A DNA stretch of 63,982 bases, counting the filler, from Hyphochytrium catenoides (Eukaryota > Protista > Hyphochytriomycota), in NCBI GenBank assembly GCA_900088475.1. It is 9 parts of 9 records of this genome, joined end to end, with 100 filler letters (N's around TTAATTAATTAA, not from the genome) between each part and the next. Parts side by side here need not be neighbours in the genome. Positions count along the whole stretch, not along the records: positions 57,858 to 61,711 come from FLMG01002208.1; positions 61,812 to 62,843 come from FLMG01003304.1; positions 62,944 to 63,982 come from FLMG01003118.1; 6 more parts are not named here. One strand, 5' to 3'. Shown here in pieces: positions 59,951-63,982 of the stretch. The notes under the pieces were generated by a model. It was not told the DNA's origin. It was given only the letters and a program-made list of their open reading frames with translations, and searched no databases. Numbering within the stretch: position 1 is the first letter of the stretch; the number at the start of each line of letters is the position of its first letter. The translations under genes and the position numbers were made by a program.

Positions 59951-61711
59951 CATTAAGTGGCGGCGACTGCGCGACGAGAAGCCTGTCGCTTATTAGCTGC
60001 GAAGAGTGCAGAAAAAAGAGCTTTTTCTTTTGCATAGATTATAAAGTCTGCTAGCAGCGCGGGGAGAAGAAGAAAGAAGTCTGCCATATCTATCCTACTA
60101 GCTGCTGCTGCTGGCTTCTGCTTCATTCCTGCTCCTGCCCCGCGTTCATTATTCTTCTTCCTGGTGTCTCCTCCTTCCTCTACCTTTAGCCTCATTATCT
60201 GAGCAATAATGGGGACACGATATGATGTTTCCTCTGCTTTAAATCTTGTTATAAACCCTTGAAGAACCTGAATGAAGGGGTAGTGCTAAGTCGCGGCTAC
60301 TTTGCATTTTTATCATTATAATAGATGGGGAAGACAAGAAGAAGCTTCTCCTCCCTCCTAACTACTGCTGCTGATTCTTGATGCCGCCCACCGAGGCTCT
60401 ATCATCTTTCGTGAGCTATAACAGGCTCGCTTGCCGCTGGCAGTGGCTCAGTTTTACATGCGTCTTGGGGAAATATTATCAATCCTCGTGACCAAGAAGC
60501 TCTGACAATTAAGATGACATGATTGAAGCGAAGAGAATGCGATGGCCAATGCAAGCGGCCAACGTGTCGCTACAGATTGAGGAAAGGAGGAGATGAAGGA
60601 CTGTTTTTAAAAAGGAGCAAGGCTCTTGAAGCGGAGAGCTAGACCTGAGGCGGCGGGAGAGTTAAGCGGGGTAGAGATCGGATCTTCGAAGTCAAGCTTC
60701 TCATTAGAGTCAAGCATGATTTAATCATGGAGACTCTTCATCATAAAGACCCTGATAAGCGAGACCTCTTCTGCCTTGCTTCATGATGACTTTTTCTGGT
60801 AAGTCTTTCTCCGCTGGTGCTACCGTCAGGGAGGAAGGTGGATAGAGGGACTATAGGAGGTTATATATGGTGAGGACTAACACTTTGAAGAATGCTGCAG
60901 CATCTCTTTGAGTCCATATACTTTATGGCTGCCACTGGCTTTCTCATCGATCAGGACCAGGTGATACTCTTCTAATAGCGAAAAGAACTCTCTCAGTGAC
61001 CTCATGGGACAAACAGATATAGAGATATTAGCTTGTTAGATATCTAGAGTATTGCTCTTGATGTCGGTACGCTCACCCTAACCTACCTCCTTCTTGTTAA
61101 TCAGCCAGCAGGGACGGAAAGCTGGCTGATTGATGACGTAATATGGGACTGGAGACAGTTGCGTGCAAGAGCGAACATCAAAGGCAAAGGCGTCGCTGCG
61201 ATAGTTCCCAGTCGTGGCTTGGCCGGGACTGACAGCACCTAGTGCTAATGCCGTCTGCTAGGGGAAGAAACTGCAAAGGACAGGGTAATTATCTTTACCT
61301 TGGCTAACTGGCCGACCTTGGCGCAAGACAACCTAGCAGAGGACGAAGAGCGGCAGCTCCTTAAGCCTCTCTCTGGTGGAGAGAGAGAAGTCTACTATTG
61401 AATTAATGTTATGCAGAGTCCCTGCTTTAGCAGGAGGGGGATCTACCTGGGCATTATAATACAGAGAAGAGCAAAGAAGAGAGAGATAATAGCGTGATGA
61501 AGACTATATTCTTAAGAGCATCAGCGAAAAGGCGGGAATAGGGGAAAGAGGAGAGAGAAGAACTCTCCTTGCTTAGAGGCACTCGCTGACTCGCCGGGAG
61601 CTCCAGGACGACCTGTTCTGGGCTCAGATCGAAGAAGAAGGCTGCTGTCACTCAATCACTACCCTCTGTATCCATACACCTACTAGTGCGGTTCTCATGC
61701 CATGTCTAAAG

Positions 61712-61811
61712 NNNNNNNNNNNNNNNNNNNNNNNNNNNNNNNNNNNNNNNNNNNNTTAATTAATTAANNNNNNNNNNNNNNNNNNNNNNNNNNNNNNNNN
61801 NNNNNNNNNNN
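61712..61811. other. Artificial contig linker
   Basis: N44-TTAATTAATTAA-N44. Confidence 0.97.
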
Positions 61812-61812
61812 T

Positions 61813-62295
61813 CCTTATGTCATCGGTGGCATCTTCATAATGGCTGCGGGATATGCGGGATACCATTTTTTTTGTAATAGTGGAAATGATGGTGGTGGTG
61901 GTGGTCCCGATTTTTCACCTAGCGAGAACATACTGTCGGAAAGCTCAGCAGAAATGACAGAAGAAATAAGACTAATTCCAGAACTGCCACTGAATTTTGT
62001 TGATCTTCGAGAAGGTTTTCCTCCTGGTACTCGAAAGGCTATGGTGTCTATCTTAAAGTATTTACAAGTCGTTACAGCTAGAGAAGACATTGATCAGATT
62101 GCTGCTATAGGTAGATACGAGTACGCCCTTTGGAAAAATACAGATATCTCGGACTATGAGTCGAAAGAAGATTTAGATGAGCCGCTTATCCCTGAGAATT
62201 ATGACTTAGACTCATTGGATGACGAGCAAATCATAGCATTAATGAAAAAGTTACCATTGTGGGAATTCTGGGAAAATATAGACAAATTCAGATAA
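61813..62295 (+). CDS. Orphan ORF on a mitochondrial-type contig (5'-open; TM segment, poly-Gly linker, acidic domain)
   Basis: Frame is open from the contig edge (PYVIGGIFIMAAGYAGYHFF...GGGGG...). AT-rich codons; TAA ends 1 nt before the tRNA. Confidence 0.5.
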   Translation, partial: PYVIGGIFIMAAGYAGYHFFCNSGNDGGGGGPDFSPSENILSESSAEMTEEIRLIPELPLNFVDLREGFPPGTRKAMVSILKYLQVVTAREDIDQIAAIGRYEYALWKNTDISDYESKEDLDEPLIPENYDLDSLDDEQIIALMKKLPLWEFWENIDKFR

Positions 62296-62296
62296 A

Positions 62297-62368
62297 GGTG
62301 GGATAGTTTAATTGGTAGAACAATGGATTCATGCTCCATGAGTAGGGGTTCAAGTCCCTTTTCCATCG
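62297..62368 (+). tRNA. trnM: tRNA with CAU anticodon (probably elongator Met), organellar type
   Basis: Cloverleaf: acceptor GGTGGGA/TTCCATC; D-arm GTTT..GAAC; anticodon stem ATGGA/TCCAT with loop TTCATGC; T-arm AGGGG-TTCAAGT-CCCTT. Confidence 0.9.
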
Positions 62369-62390
62369 CATGGAAAATAACAAGATATAA

Positions 62391-62786
<396 letters not shown>

Positions 62787-62843
62787 TTGTAACATCTTCT
62801 TCTAAAAAGACAAAAAAAGAATTTAGAACCCATTCTCAATTAA

Positions 62844-62943
62844 NNNNNNNNNNNNNNNNNNNNNNNNNNNNNNNNNNNNNNNNNNNNTTAATTAATTAAN
62901 NNNNNNNNNNNNNNNNNNNNNNNNNNNNNNNNNNNNNNNNNNN
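62844..62943. other. Artificial contig linker
   Basis: N44-TTAATTAATTAA-N44. Confidence 0.97.
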
Positions 62944-63302
62944 TCCCAATAAATTATCAGAAGCCAAGCACAGAAAAGCAATGCCCAGCAAGGAAAGACA
63001 GAGAATAAGCACAAACACACAAAGAAAGGGAGAGGGGAGAAAGGGAGAAAGGGCGACTTCAAAAAAAAAGGCAAATGATGTGTGTATGTATGTATGTATG
63101 TGTGTGTCATTCTAACCCTCAAAGCCAAGCAGAAAACGCCACATCAACAGCAGAAAAAAACCCGCAGAAACCCAAAGAAAGACAGCGATTGGTCAGAAAC
63201 AGTAGTCAAAAAGCTCAAACGAACCCTCAAACCACAAAGATGGTGCGCATATTTACGAAAACCAAAGGATAGCCCTATTTCCAGTATTCCCAAAACAAAC
63301 TC

Positions 63303-63826
63303 TCAGTGCTATTCCCCAAGCCTGTAATCAACTATGAATGGAGCTCTCTCAAAAGAATGACGACAAAATCAGAAGCTTGGAGAACAATATACAAAAGAAT
63401 CCACTATGTAACGCTTCAACAACGAATAGTTCCATACACAGGAATACGAAAAACAAGGGATAGTCTACTTTCAGTGCCGACAAGACTTGGTACTGTACAA
63501 CAAAGTCAGTGCTATTCCCAAAGCCAGTAATCTAGTCGTATTATTAGAGCTCTAAAAAAACGAGAAAATCAGGAGCCTGAAGAACAATATACAAAAGAAG
63601 CCACTTTGGAGGCTGGTTGGCAGCAATACGACAAATAGGAGACATTGTCATCCAGGACAACGAAAGATAACATTCTAGAGCGATATCCCAGTAAAAAGCG
63701 AGAGAGAAACAGAGATTCAAAGCACAAAACACTCATAGTATAGGAGGAGATGAGCCACAATATACAAAAGAACCACTTGATGGTTGGCAGTAATACGACA
63801 AATAGGAGACACTGGCATCCAGGACA
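63303..63826. repeat. Degenerate tandem repeat, period about 170-200 bp
   Basis: Recurring blocks: TCAGTGCTATTCCCxAAGCCxGTAATC (63303, 63506); CAATATACAAAAGAA(x)CCACT (3 copies); GGTTGGCAGxAATACGACAAATAGGAGACAxTGxCATCCAGGACA (2 copies). Confidence 0.7.
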
Positions 63827-63982
63827 GAGCTGAACAAGGAAGGAAGGAGCATCAAAGTACGGAGAAAGATCAGAAGGGCATAATAAGCTGGGCAAGGATG
63901 ATGCAAATACAGGAAGCAGCAGCCACCAGTTGTGGGGGATTTCCAAAACAAAAGGCAAAAGCAGGACAAACAACAGAGGACA

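Noticed and set aside
60300-61700. Coding-like purine-rich stretch
   Set aside because: Frequent stops in all frames and no recognisable family; at most an unidentifiable pseudogene.

Overview
Eukaryotic, intron-rich, (AG/CT)n-microsatellite-rich DNA. The gene content (kinesin-9, a CCDC177-like protein, 7TM-RGS, bacterial-type class III cyclase, atp9 sequence) suggests a flagellated stramenopile-like protist; this is inference. The window is not contiguous. Nine contigs are joined by identical 100-nt artificial linkers (N44-TTAATTAATTAA-N44): 1-21590, 21691-23581, 23682-39036, 39137-42509, 42610-48555, 48656-57757, 57858-61711, 61812-62843 and 62944-63982. Genes reconstructed by hand from GT-AG exons: ArsB/Lsi2-type permease, membrane class III nucleotide cyclase with a non-canonical active site, TPR protein, OST3/OST6 subunit, small KKxx ER membrane protein, kinesin-9 (partial), Ariadne RBR E3 ligase (partial), IQ/SAH/WW protein, intronless ankyrin-like protein, 7TM-RGS, CCDC177-like coiled-coil protein (partial), and a multi-exon gene ending in a Pif1-like helicase fold lacking most ATPase residues. 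Also present are a probable decayed Ty3/Gypsy relic and a 1-kb mitochondrial-type contig (orphan ORF, tRNA-CAU, atp9). The strongest leads are the Pif1 pseudo-helicase gene and the atypical cyclase. All exon models and family calls come from reading the sequence by eye and need HMM or RNA-seq confirmation.
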